Source of the DNA: an uncultured Alphaproteobacteria bacterium
GTDB lineage: Bacteria > Pseudomonadota > Alphaproteobacteria > Sphingomonadales > Sphingomonadaceae
Direction of reading: 5' to 3'
DNA length: 64,000 bases
Assembly: GCA_963785855.1 (NCBI GenBank)
Contig: CAWAWT010000011.1
Location: 7,946 to 71,945, forward strand
Shown here: piece by piece, positions 11,271 to 21,522 of the stretch
Layout: every line of letters starts with the position of its first letter
How positions within the stretch are numbered: position 1 is the stretch's first letter
The notes under the pieces: model-generated
Databases searched by the model: none
Told to the model about the DNA's origin: nothing
Seen by the model: only the letters and a program-made list of their open reading frames with translations
Made by a program: the position numbers and the translations under genes

Positions 11271-11474
11271 CCGCCGTCCTGTTGATCGTTCGCGAGGCCG
11301 CCTCTTTTCGCCAGACGGATCCAAGAGGACCTCCAATGCAAATGTCGGAGTGGCTCGCCTTGCCGTCGCGCTCAGGGCTGCGGTTTACACCTGAGGCATC
11401 GCTTGCCGTCAGGGCAGGTGAAGTCTCGCTGCCTGGCCGCGGAACCTCGCCCCCGTCATCTGAAAATTTAGCGA

Positions 11475-11518
11475 TTGACCCTATATTTTTCCGATTATAG
11501 AAAAACAACATACTAAAC
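11475..11518 (+). promoter_or_regulatory. Sigma70-like promoter with overlapping putative ROK operator (site 1)
   Basis: TTGACC-N17-TAGAAA; TTATAGAAAAACAACATACTAAAC (11495-11518) is 22/24 identical to the reverse complement of 25052-25075. Confidence 0.65.
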
Positions 11519-11785
11519 CATAATCCAAAGGCCGGAGAACTTCGGCAATAGGATTGCGGTGAAGTTTGGGGAAAGGCGAGCGGCTCGCAGCGCTCAGCGA
11601 GGGGGAGAGTTGCCGACATATACGGCGTTCGGAATGACAACTTGCTTTAAGGTAGGGTGACCGCCAGCGCCTCCGGAGGAGCATGGTCGGCATCTCGTTG
11701 AATTTTCGGATCCCGAAACGCGAACAGCAATGACGCGAGAATCATTGCGGCGCGCGGGATTCTCAAAGGGAGAGGATTTCAAATC

Positions 11786-14476
11786 ATGAGGAAGCCGAAT
11801 TTTCTGTCATTCGCCGCGATGCTGGCGGCAACGTCGAGCCTGTCCTTCGTCGCGACCGCGGCCCACGCTCAGGACGCAACCAACGCGCCCGGCGGGGCTA
11901 CGGCGCCGGACCAGTCGCAGAACATCGTCATCACGGGGCTTCGTGCCAGTTTGAAGAAGGCGCTCGATATCAAACTGAGCGCCGATCACATTCAAGACAC
12001 GCTCGTTGCCGAAGACATCGGCAAGTTGCCTGACCAGAATATCGCCGAAGCTATCGAGCGCATCCCGGGCATCGTCGTGTCCACTGCCACGGTGAACGGA
12101 AGCGGGCAGTCCGCCGGCGAGCCGACCGAGATCTCGGTGCGGGGCTTCTCTCCGGAATTCGCCACGGCGCTATACAACGGAAGAGTGCTGGCAACCAATT
12201 CCGGTGGCCGCGAATTCGACTTTGACGTTCTGCCAGCCGATTTGATCGCGCGCGTCGATGTTTCAAAGTCATCGACTGCCGATCAGCCCGAAGGCGGAAT
12301 TGCCGCAACAGTCAATATGATGACTTTCCGGCCGTTGGATTTGAAGCGGAATACCTTCACCGCATCGGTGCAGGGTAATTACGATCAGCAGCGCGGTGAA
12401 ATCACGCCGCAAGCCTCCGCACTATTCAGCACGAAGTCGTCGGACGGACGCTTTGGTATTCTGGCAGCAGTTTCTTACATCAACCGCAAGGTTGAGAATA
12501 AGCGCATCTACTCGGCGTGCCTCAACAGCCCATCGAACGTAAACGTGGGTGGGCAAATCGTTTCCGGATTTGTTCCTTGCTACACCGAATGGGAAGTGAA
12601 TCCGACAAGTCGTGAACGCAAATCTGCTGTGCTGGTTACACAATTCAAACCCACCGACCAGCTGGTCTTCACTGTCGATGGGCTATATTCAAAATTCAAT
12701 ATCAACGATAACACTCAGGGGTTCTTCACCGGGAACAATAATCCGTCGGGTACCGTGACGGTAGGCTCGGACAATACTGTCACCAGCTATACGGGCGGGA
12801 CCGGTTATTCGGGTATCGTCAACTACGTACGACCTGAACTGTCGGAAACAAAGGAACTGGGTTTCAACGCCAAATTTGATCCGACACCGCGCTTGTCGAT
12901 GGTCTTCGATGCCTCTTGGTCAAAAGCGACCAACAATAACGGCGGCAATCAGTCGTGGTCTGAAGCGGATTACGGCGCCTTGCCTAATGCCACTTTCAAC
13001 CTTGGACCGGACAATCTGCCGGTCATGAGCAATCTTGGCAATTTGCAGCCATCTCCCGCGCTTGTCGCCGGCTTCCATGACTATGAAGGTCAGGACTTCA
13101 TCGATAAGATTTACCAGTTCGACGGCCGCCTGAAATATGAAATCGGCACCGCCTTTCTAAAAAATATTCAGGTCGGAATAAACAATTCGCATCGTGCCAA
13201 AACGCAGCTGACGGTCAAAACGCCGGTCATCAACGGCGTTGACCTGACCTCGGTGGGCGATGGAATTATCCTCCCCACCAGTTTGTATTCGCCGGTGAGC
13301 GGGATCAGTAATTTATTTGGCACGGGGATGTTCGGATCCGGGTTGCCTGGCTTCAGTGATGCGGCGTTTGACGCCTATTTGCTCTCGCCGGCAGTGTTGG
13401 CGACTTACACCCCCGCCCAGCAAGCTGCATTGGCAGCCAACGGCGGCGGCTTCGCAGCGCAAATAATTCCGAGCAGCAGCGGTGAAGTGAAGGAGAACAC
13501 AACGGGCGGCTTCATCGAAGCGGCCTTTGGCGGCGATCACGCCTGGTCGGGCAACATCGGACTTCGTGCGACGAAGACCAGCACGATATCAACCGGCTCG
13601 TTCGCACAGCCGATTTTATTGCCGGGCAATGCCAACCAGCTGGCTTTTGGCCCGCCGTCTCCGATCGAGCAGCGGGGTTCCTATTTCAGGCTGCTTCCAA
13701 ACGCCAATCTCAAGGTCGATTTGACCCCCCATCTCATGGCGCAATTCGCGGTCGCAGAAACGCTGACGCGGCCAACCTTGTCGGCTCTGCTGATCGAGGC
13801 GAGCTATAGCATCCAACGCCCGCCTTATTCGATCAACCAGGGCAACCCCAATCTCAAGCCCATGTCGGCCTGGAATTACGATGCTGCGCTAACGTGGCAT
13901 CAAGGTTCCAACTTCTTGAGCGTTGCGCTCTACAACAAGTCGGTCACCAACCTGCTTGGCAACGGCATTTCCAATGTAACCTATCTGGGACAGCCGTTTA
14001 CGGTCTATCAGCCGATTAACATCAATTCCGAACACTTCACCGGATTTGAAGTTTCTGGCCAATATACGTTCAGCACGTTGCCCGCCCCCTTCGACGGGCT
14101 CGGGGTCCAGGCCAACTATTCTTACACTCATCCGTCGACGGCTTTCACCAACTCCGTCACTTATAATTTGGTCGGCTTCTACGAAAAGGGTCCGATCCAA
14201 CTGAGGGTCGCCTACAATTGGCGAAACGCTCAGGTCCTCAGTGGGAACGTCGTAACTGTGAACGGGAAATCGGTTCATAATGATGAGTTCCAAGCTGCTT
14301 ACGGGCAGCTGGATGCCAGCATTCAATATACGGTGATGAAAAATCTCGTTGTGTTCGCGCAGGCTCTCAACCTGACCGATCGAAAATCGATCAAATATTG
14401 GGGCGTGCCGGACCGCATCGAAGATTACGAAGGCTATGGTCGCCGTTTCGGCGTTGGTGCCCGGGTGAAGTTCTAG
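11786..14476 (+). CDS. TonB-dependent receptor, glycan-uptake type
   Basis: Signal peptide AHAQD; IVITGLRASL TonB box; AEDIGKLPDQNIAEAIERIPG plug; C-terminal GRRFGVGARVKF. Confidence 0.95.
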   Translation: MRKPNFLSFAAMLAATSSLSFVATAAHAQDATNAPGGATAPDQSQNIVITGLRASLKKALDIKLSADHIQDTLVAEDIGKLPDQNIAEAIERIPGIVVSTATVNGSGQSAGEPTEISVRGFSPEFATALYNGRVLATNSGGREFDFDVLPADLIARVDVSKSSTADQPEGGIAATVNMMTFRPLDLKRNTFTASVQGNYDQQRGEITPQASALFSTKSSDGRFGILAAVSYINRKVENKRIYSACLNSPSNVNVGGQIVSGFVPCYTEWEVNPTSRERKSAVLVTQFKPTDQLVFTVDGLYSKFNINDNTQGFFTGNNNPSGTVTVGSDNTVTSYTGGTGYSGIVNYVRPELSETKELGFNAKFDPTPRLSMVFDASWSKATNNNGGNQSWSEADYGALPNATFNLGPDNLPVMSNLGNLQPSPALVAGFHDYEGQDFIDKIYQFDGRLKYEIGTAFLKNIQVGINNSHRAKTQLTVKTPVINGVDLTSVGDGIILPTSLYSPVSGISNLFGTGMFGSGLPGFSDAAFDAYLLSPAVLATYTPAQQAALAANGGGFAAQIIPSSSGEVKENTTGGFIEAAFGGDHAWSGNIGLRATKTSTISTGSFAQPILLPGNANQLAFGPPSPIEQRGSYFRLLPNANLKVDLTPHLMAQFAVAETLTRPTLSALLIEASYSIQRPPYSINQGNPNLKPMSAWNYDAALTWHQGSNFLSVALYNKSVTNLLGNGISNVTYLGQPFTVYQPININSEHFTGFEVSGQYTFSTLPAPFDGLGVQANYSYTHPSTAFTNSVTYNLVGFYEKGPIQLRVAYNWRNAQVLSGNVVTVNGKSVHNDEFQAAYGQLDASIQYTVMKNLVVFAQALNLTDRKSIKYWGVPDRIEDYEGYGRRFGVGARVKF

Positions 14477-14485
14477 GGTCACGAC

Positions 14486-14534
14486 AAAACAGGCCACCTG
14501 CGAAAATCGCCAGCAATGCAGGTGGCCTGATTTT
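14486..14534 (+). terminator. Rho-independent terminator or stabilising hairpin after the receptor gene
   Basis: 12-bp stem CAGGCCACCTGC (14490-14501)/GCAGGTGGCCTG (14518-14529) followed by ATTTT. Confidence 0.7.
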
Positions 14535-14637
14535 CTCAACGGCGCGCCGGAGATTTAATCTGCGCGCTCTTCCTCCCGCCACCTTTCAACGGGAGTTTCG
14601 ACCTGTCCAATCAAGCTGAATTGCCTGGATAACAACA

Positions 14638-15573
14638 TTGGCCGTTATGAATTCACCGTCTCGCCCCAGTCATTCGCTTCCTTGCAGCGCAACGCGCTTT
14701 GCATCGATTGAGGCAGGCGGCACCAAGTTCAACGTCGGAATTGGCGGGTCAGACGGGGTCCTTCACAGGCAAGCCCAGTTCGCAACCCGCTCGCCGGATG
14801 AAACCATCCGTGACCTGATCGAATGGCTTGATGCAGAGGTTGCGAAGGATGGTCCGATCTCAGCTATCGGCTTGGCGACATTCGGGCCAATCGATACCGA
14901 CCCGGGCTCCGTCACCTGGGGTCGGCTGGGGCCGACACCAAAGCTCTCATGGCAAGGCACGGATCTGATCACACCGTTTCGATCTTACGGTGTCCCGGTC
15001 GCGCTCGATACCGACGTCAACGCCGCCGCATTGGCCGAATGGCGCTGGGGCGCCGCACAAGGATGCGCGCGGCTTTGTTATCTGACGATCGGCACCGGCA
15101 TTGGTGGCGGAGCCGTCCTGGATGGGAAGATGCTGTCCGGCCGAAGCCATCCTGAGATGGGCCACATGTTCATTCGCCGTCGCCCTGAGGATGAATTCAA
15201 GGGTGCCTGCGCAACTCATGGCGACTGCCTCGAAGGACTGGCAAGCGGAACGGCGATCCACGCCCGCTGGGATACCTCGCTGTCGAAACTCGGTGCTGAC
15301 CATCCGGGTCACGAGATCATCGCCAGCTATTTGGCGCAGGCCTGCGTCAATGTCCTTGCAACGCTCGCACCCGAGAAGATCGTCCTCGGCGGTGGGGTGA
15401 TTGGAACCGAAGGGCTGCTCACCAGGGTGCAAGCTCAGTTCAACCTTCTGGCTCGAGACTATTTCTCGGGCTTTGCGGCCGCCGACATCGTTCTTGCCAA
15501 ATTGTACCCCGTTTCCGGATTGATCGGCGGCCTCGCGATTGCAGACCTCGCACGTCAGCAAAACCAGAGCTGA
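14638..15573 (+). CDS. ROK family sugar kinase (fructokinase/mannokinase)
   Basis: IEAGGTKF, DTDVNAAALAE, YLTIGTGIGGG, HPEMGH, CATHGDCLEGLASG. Confidence 0.9.
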   Translation: MAVMNSPSRPSHSLPCSATRFASIEAGGTKFNVGIGGSDGVLHRQAQFATRSPDETIRDLIEWLDAEVAKDGPISAIGLATFGPIDTDPGSVTWGRLGPTPKLSWQGTDLITPFRSYGVPVALDTDVNAAALAEWRWGAAQGCARLCYLTIGTGIGGGAVLDGKMLSGRSHPEMGHMFIRRRPEDEFKGACATHGDCLEGLASGTAIHARWDTSLSKLGADHPGHEIIASYLAQACVNVLATLAPEKIVLGGGVIGTEGLLTRVQAQFNLLARDYFSGFAAADIVLAKLYPVSGLIGGLAIADLARQQNQS

Positions 15574-15575
15574 GC

Positions 15576-16844
15576 TCAGAACCGCTCGAGCATCTCCAGC
15601 GAAGGAAGCAGGAAGTTTTGAAACGGCAGGATAGCTGCCCCAATTGCCGGCGCGTCCGATGACAGCTTGGCGCGGCGGACGTCGATCCACTGGGCCGAGC
15701 GGGCATCTTCCTGTCGCTGCTGGCACAGCGTCGCCAGGCGGTCGAGCAAATGTTCGGGCAGACGCCCGCCGAGCATGATCGCGTCGGGATCGATGAACTG
15801 CCTTACCTGAGCGAAGATGCTGGTGAGATATCCGCACGCTTCCTCAAGCCATTCATCGACCACTTTTGCGCCCGACCCATCAAGATGCGTCAGGTCATCG
15901 GGACGCGCGATCATTAGTCCATGGCTCTTCAGACGTTCCGACAAGGCGCCGAGAGAAACCACATCCTGCAGCGAGCAAGTGACACCGGCCGGAGTCTTCA
16001 CCTGCATGAATCCGATTTCGCCGCTGCGTCCGTTCTCCCCTCTGAAATAGTTCCGGTTGATGACAATGCCGCCGCCAAGCAGGACGCTGATGAGAATGTA
16101 GACGAAGGTCGGGGCATCTAGTCCGTGACCGAATTGTGATTCGCCGATTGCCGCCGCGACGGCGTCATTCTCAACGAAGGTCGGACCCTGGTAGGTCAAA
16201 CGAAACAGCCCGGCGACATCGATGTCCGCCCAGCCAGCATAAGCGGGCGGCTTGCCCGGAAAGGCGAGCGTTCCGAGGTCGTCCGGCATTGCTATCCCGA
16301 GGCCTGCCACACGACTGAGGGGAATTTTCGATCTTGTTGCCAACGTTTGCCACGCATCGGCAAAAAAGCTCCGCGCTTTATCGGGCAGCGCAAAATTGAT
16401 TTCAGCGGAAATGCGTCCCCTGAGCCGGCCGCTTAGGTCCAGTGCCACAAGCGTGAGATGGTCCCGGTCGATGTTTAGCCCGACCGAATAGGCGCCATCG
16501 GGATTGAGCTCGAGTACCCATGCTGGCTGGCCGCGGCCAGTTGTCGCCCGCTCGGCCTCGATGATCAGGCCCGCCTGCAAAAGCTGCCGCGACACGTTGA
16601 CGATGGTCGGTTTGGTGAGCCCGGTGATGTTCGCCAATTCGCTTCGCGTAACTCGCTTGTGCGTGCGGATCTCCTGAAAGACCACACGTTGGTTGTGATT
16701 GGCGTCAATGTCGAGCTTCAGGTACGGTGGGGCCTTTGCTGGGCTCTCCTCATCCGTCGCTCCACCGCGCTGGGAGCGGAACGGAAACATGTTGCGCGAC
16801 GAGTTCACTTGGATGACCCGGCGACGATCCGAACGGAGAAGCAA
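15576..16844 (-). CDS. ROK family transcriptional regulator
   Basis: HTH TRSELANITGLTKPTIVNV; GRGQP; ENDAVAAAIGE; GENGRSGEIG. Confidence 0.92.
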   Translation of the reverse strand: MLLRSDRRRVIQVNSSRNMFPFRSQRGGATDEESPAKAPPYLKLDIDANHNQRVVFQEIRTHKRVTRSELANITGLTKPTIVNVSRQLLQAGLIIEAERATTGRGQPAWVLELNPDGAYSVGLNIDRDHLTLVALDLSGRLRGRISAEINFALPDKARSFFADAWQTLATRSKIPLSRVAGLGIAMPDDLGTLAFPGKPPAYAGWADIDVAGLFRLTYQGPTFVENDAVAAAIGESQFGHGLDAPTFVYILISVLLGGGIVINRNYFRGENGRSGEIGFMQVKTPAGVTCSLQDVVSLGALSERLKSHGLMIARPDDLTHLDGSGAKVVDEWLEEACGYLTSIFAQVRQFIDPDAIMLGGRLPEHLLDRLATLCQQRQEDARSAQWIDVRRAKLSSDAPAIGAAILPFQNFLLPSLEMLERF

Positions 16845-16847
16845 GGG

Positions 16848-18038
16848 TCAATTGCCATGGTCGTAGCCCTTCAACAACGCCTCGCCGATCGGCGACAGAC
16901 GCGCGCGCATGGGGAGGCTCGCGGCACCGATCAGCGCGACGGCGGCGCCGAGGCGCGCGGCCTGAATTCCAGCATGGCTGGGAATTTGCGGCGCACTCTC
17001 GAGCAACAGAGTGTTGCAGCGCTCCGCAAGGCGTCTCAACCACTCTTGGGGAAACCGGCCGCCGAGCAGCAATCCGCCAGGATTCAGCAGGCAGTTGATC
17101 GAAATCAGGAGCGGGAGCAGGTCGCTGCACGCCGCCTCCAGCCAGGTTTCGGAAACGTCAGGCGGAGCCTGATGACATAGCCGTGCGTCACGCTCGACCG
17201 CCACCGCCTCGCGGCACCAGGCGACCTCGGCGTCGGGAAACAGAAATCGCTTCTGGCTGGGATGAGCCCCCCTGAACAAGGCCTGGTGCATGACCAGACC
17301 CCCGACCGGCTTCAGGTCCATTAGGATGAAGTAATAGGTTTGGAGTGTTGCGCCGATGCCGAACAGCAATTCGCCAGCCGTTGCAGCGGCTAGATCGGAG
17401 TCAATGTAGATCGGCATGTCTCGCGCTATTTCGGAAAGGGCCATCAAATCGATGCCAACTGCGTCGCTCCCGGTCCCGCCATGAGAGCTTCGGCTCGACG
17501 CGATGCTGTCCGACGTCGCCACTCCAAGTCCAATAATCCGTTCCCGGCGAATCCCTTTGGTCAGGTCAACAAATTGGTGCTGAAAGAATTCGTTGACGCG
17601 GGTTCGGGACGAGGACGGCAAGCTCGTTGTCGATCGCCGGACGGAATGTCCCAGGGCGTCAATGACGATCAATGATAATTGGTCTTCATCGACATGCAGA
17701 CCTATGGAATAGCAACCTTCCGGGTTGGCCTCGAGATGGACTGCGGGTTGTCCTCGGCCGCCGTAGATGCGTCCGGTTTCCGAAACGAGCTCGCTTCTCA
17801 CCAAGCTTTTCACAATGCCCGCGATCGTCGGCTTGGCCAGACCCGTCAGTTCTGTCAGCGCGTTGCGGGTAATCGGTCCCTTGGTGCGAATGGCCTGATA
17901 GACCAGCCGCTGGTTGTAATCGCCAGTGAGCTCGAGATTCGTGCCTGACAGACTGGCCTTGATCCGTCGCACAACTTGCGGCTGAGTATCTGTCATGTTG
18001 GAGCGGCTAGACCGAATTTCCCCCGCCGGATGGCCCAA
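16848..18038 (-). CDS. ROK family transcriptional regulator with degenerate effector domain
   Basis: HTH TRNALTELTGLAKPTIAGIV; GGRGQP; DSDLAAATAGE; lacks the GEIG motif. Confidence 0.88.
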   Translation of the reverse strand: MGHPAGEIRSSRSNMTDTQPQVVRRIKASLSGTNLELTGDYNQRLVYQAIRTKGPITRNALTELTGLAKPTIAGIVKSLVRSELVSETGRIYGGRGQPAVHLEANPEGCYSIGLHVDEDQLSLIVIDALGHSVRRSTTSLPSSSRTRVNEFFQHQFVDLTKGIRRERIIGLGVATSDSIASSRSSHGGTGSDAVGIDLMALSEIARDMPIYIDSDLAAATAGELLFGIGATLQTYYFILMDLKPVGGLVMHQALFRGAHPSQKRFLFPDAEVAWCREAVAVERDARLCHQAPPDVSETWLEAACSDLLPLLISINCLLNPGGLLLGGRFPQEWLRRLAERCNTLLLESAPQIPSHAGIQAARLGAAVALIGAASLPMRARLSPIGEALLKGYDHGN

Positions 18039-18100
18039 TACACCTCGGCTTAAACCAATATCACCGACTAATCCGATTTCTCGCTTTGAGAAGCCCCAAA

Positions 18101-18150
18101 GCGATTGACAAAGTCCAGCATAAATTAAAAAAACAAAAACCCATACTTAT
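18101..18150 (+). promoter_or_regulatory. Promoter with degenerate operator (site 2) for the transporter/GH130 operon
   Basis: GCGATTGACA then A-rich TTAAAAAAACAAAAACCCATACTTAT at the same offset as in 11471-11520. Confidence 0.5.
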
Positions 18151-18170
18151 CGTCGGGGAGGGAGAGAGGT

Positions 18171-19482
18171 ATGAGCCGGGTCAACATCTTCACGGTCGTG
18201 GTCGCCTCGCTTGCGGGGTTGCTATTTGGTTTCGATACCGCCGTCATTTCCGGCGTCACGACCGCGCTTCGGACCGTCTTCCATCTTGGCGCGGCGGGCC
18301 TCGGCCTGACGGTTTCCATTGCCCTCATCGGTACCTGCGCGGGAGCACTCGTCGCCGGGTTCCTCGGAAACCGGCTTGGCGGCCGAGATACGCTGAAGCT
18401 CGTTGGCCTGTTGTTTGCCGTGGCCTCAGTTGGCTGCGCTTTCGCTCCCACAGTTTATGTTTTTGGCCTTTCCCGGTTGGTGCTCGGATTCGCCGTCGGC
18501 GGCGCGCTCGGTACTTGCGCCCGTTTATATCTCAGAGATCGTCCCGGCGCGGCGGCGCGGCTTCATGGTCGGTCTCTTCCAGTTCAATATCGTGTTCGGC
18601 ATTTTGCTCGCGTATCTCAGTAACTACCTTGTCGGTCAGCTTGTAGCGGGTGACACCGAGTGGCGCTGGAAAGTGGGCGTCGCGGCAGTCCCGTCGCTGT
18701 TTTTCTTGGCCATGCTATTTCTCATCCCGCAGAGCGCCCGGTGGCTCGCCGCGAACGGCCGCTCAGCCGAAGCCGAGAAAAGCCTGAGGCAAATCGGCTC
18801 GACCGAAACTCTTGCCGACATCACTGCGCCCGAAGAAGGACATGGGCACCTCAGCTGGCGCTTGCACAAGAGGCCGATCATCTTTGCAATGCTGCTTGCA
18901 TTCTTCAACCAGTTCACCGGCATCAACGCCATTCTCTACTACCTCAACGACATTTTCGCTGCGGCAGGCTTCGGGAAAGTATCAGGCGATCTGCAGGCGG
19001 TCGCAGTAGGCCTCGCCAATCTGCTGGCAACGATGGTCGGCATGACGTTCATCGATCGGCTAGGGCGCAAGAAGCTGCTGGTCTCGGGCGCTCTCGTCAT
19101 GTCGGTCGCGCTCGCAGGAGTCGCTCTCATCATGGGCACTGGTCACGGATCCAGCTATCTGCTGATCCTCCTCGTGCTCTTCATCCTCGCATTCGCCTTC
19201 TCGCAGGGGGCCGTCATCTGGGTCTATCTGTCCGAGATCTTCCCGACCTCGGTTCGCGCAACCGGCCAGAGCATGGGGAGCGCCACCCACTGGATCATCA
19301 ATTTCATCATCACGCTGCTGTTTCCGATCATCGCGGTCCACTCGCGGGCGCTGCCGTTCGTCGTCTTTGCAGCAGTGACGCTGGCTCAGGTTTTCATCGT
19401 CGGACGATTTTTCCCCGAAACTAAGGGCGAGACCCTCGAGCAGCTGGCGGGATCACTCGCACGTCACGAGGAGCTTGCGTGA
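18171..19482 (+). CDS. Sugar porter family MFS transporter; frameshift near 18510
   Basis: AGLLFGFDTAVISG, PVYISEIVP..RRG, FFNQFTGINAILYY, IDRLGRKKLL, SEIFP, PETKG. Confidence 0.92.
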
Positions 19483-20639
19483 AAAAGTTCGCACTTACGC
19501 GTGCCCAATTCATTGCCGGGCTTGGCGCGAGCGCCGCGCTAGCACTGAGCAAGGGAAGCCGCGCCGCCGCTCATGTCGGATCACACCGGCGACATGTGAA
19601 ATATTCCGACTGGGAGCTCGGGCCCTTCTCGCGAGTCGCCATCGAACCCGTGATCAGGCCGGACCCTAACGCGGTGTTCGACTGCCCGATGCGCAAGCGT
19701 CCCGTCAACTGGATGGCCGCGCACACCTTCAACCCCGCCTCCGTCGTCAAAAACGGAAAGATGGTCGTCCTCTTTCGCGCGGAGGATAACCCCGACGAAA
19801 AGGTCATCGGCTTTCACACCTCGCGCCTTGGCTATGCCTCGTCCGCCGATGGCGAGCATTTCAAGGTCCGCGCGGCGCCGGTTCTCTACCCTGACGAAGA
19901 CAGCCAGAAGGCGGCGGAATGGGAGGGCGGGTGTGAGGATCCGCGGCTCTGCGAAGGCCCCGACGGCACCTATTACGTCACCTATACGCAATGGAACCGG
20001 GATCGCGTGAGGCTCGGCCTCGCTTCCTCCCGCGACCTCATTCACTGGAACAAGCATGGCTCCGCATTCGCAGGTTCCCGATACGAGCAACTGAGGACGA
20101 AATCGGCGGCGATCATTCAGAAGATCGACGGCGGCCGAATGAAAGCCGCTAGGATCAACGGCAAATATTGGATGGTATTCGGAGAAGAATCAGATCCACG
20201 TTGCCACGTCTACCAACCTGATCAACTGGTCACCGGTCGAGCGATCCGATGGCGAACTGCTTGTATTGATGTCGCCGCGGCCGTTCCACTTCGACAGCGA
20301 CCTTCCCGAAGTCGGTCCGCCGCCACTTGTGACGGGCAAAGGCATCGTCATGCTGCTACAATGGCAAGAATTCGGAATCTCGACGCCAGCCGCGACCCGA
20401 CGATTGGCGCTGGGGCCTATTCCGGCGGCCAGGCGCTGCTCGACCTGAATGACCCGGCGAAATTGCTCGAGCGAACCGACAAGCCATTCATTCGCCCTGA
20501 GCTGCCCTTTGAGAAAAGCGGACAATACAAGGCCGGAACCACGTTCCTCGAGGGTCTGAGCTATTTCAATCGCAAGCTTTTCCTCTACTACGGAACCGCC
20601 GACACCTATGTCGCTGCTGGCCGTGGCCGACTGGAATGA
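19479..20639 (+). CDS. Exported GH130 enzyme, beta-1,2-mannosidase-like (BT3780/Dfer_3176 type); compensating frameshifts ~20190-20360
   Basis: TFNPA, RAED, TSRLGYASSADG, EWEGGCEDPR, TYTQWN, FLEGL, LYYGTAD; Tat-like leader TRAQFIAG. Confidence 0.85.
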   Translation: MKKFALTRAQFIAGLGASAALALSKGSRAAAHVGSHRRHVKYSDWELGPFSRVAIEPVIRPDPNAVFDCPMRKRPVNWMAAHTFNPASVVKNGKMVVLFRAEDNPDEKVIGFHTSRLGYASSADGEHFKVRAAPVLYPDEDSQKAAEWEGGCEDPRLCEGPDGTYYVTYTQWNRDRVRLGLASSRDLIHWNKHGSAFAGSRYEQLRTKSAAIIQKIDGGRMKAARINGKYWMVFGEESDPRCHVYQPDQLVTGRAIRWRTACIDVAAAVPLRQRPSRSRSAATCDGQRHRHAATMARIRNLDASRDPTIGAGAYSGGQALLDLNDPAKLLERTDKPFIRPELPFEKSGQYKAGTTFLEGLSYFNRKLFLYYGTADTYVAAGRGRLE

Positions 20640-21485
20640 ATGACGGGCCGGTCTCGGCGCCAACGCCTCTGAAGCTGAAGTCGAGAGCCGTGGAAAAGCC
20701 ATGGGGCCGGGAGGATTTGCCGGACATCTTCCCCAATCCCGAGCGCCGGAGGATCGGCGAGGTCTGGTTTGAAGACGGCCGAAGGCAGCGAACTGCCATT
20801 GCTCGTCAAATATCTCTTCACCAGCGAGCGGCTCTCGATTCAGGTTCATCCGAATGATTCGCAGGCCCAGGCTCATGGTCTCGCCGGCGGCAAGGAAGAA
20901 TGCTGGTACATCCTTGACTGCGATGAAGGTGCCTCTCTCGGCATCGGACTCACGCGCACGCTCTCTCAACCAGAGATGCGCGCGGCAATTGCGGACGGCG
21001 GCATCGAAGGGCTGATTTCAGATGGAAGACCGGTCAGCCGCGGCGATTTCTTTTTCATCCCTGCAGGAACAGTGCACGCCATAGGTGCTGGAATCACGCT
21101 CGTGGAAATCCAGCAGAATGCCGACGTAACCTACCGGCTTTATGATTATGGCCGGCCGCGCGGGCTCCACCTGGAGGATGGGCTCGAGGTCAGCCGCCTG
21201 TCTCCTTACCCGCTTGTCCCTTCCCACGCCGCAATGGGCGAGAGCCGAATCCTGCTGACGGGCATGGCCCGGTTTCAGGTCGAGATGCTGTCGTGGCGTG
21301 GTGGAGCATCGGTCCGGCCCAGCACGACGGGGCGGTCCTGGTTCATTCCGCTGAAGGGCAGCGGAACAATCTCCGACCAGCATTTTCGACCGGGCGAATG
21401 CTGGCTCGTCGAGCGGGCCGAGCCAATCACCGGCGTCGCTGAGGGCAGCGCCCTTGTCGCCGCTTGCGACGAGCCCAACGCGTGA
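20636..21485 (+). CDS. manA: Class I mannose-6-phosphate isomerase; frameshift near 20772
   Basis: VEKPWG, IGEVWF, LPLLVKYL..RLSIQVHP, KEECWY, IPAGTVHAIG, EIQQNADVTYRLYDYGR. Confidence 0.9.
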
Positions 21486-21522
21486 GCTCTGGAGCCCCAG
21501 TTGCGACCGCAGAGAAAATCAG

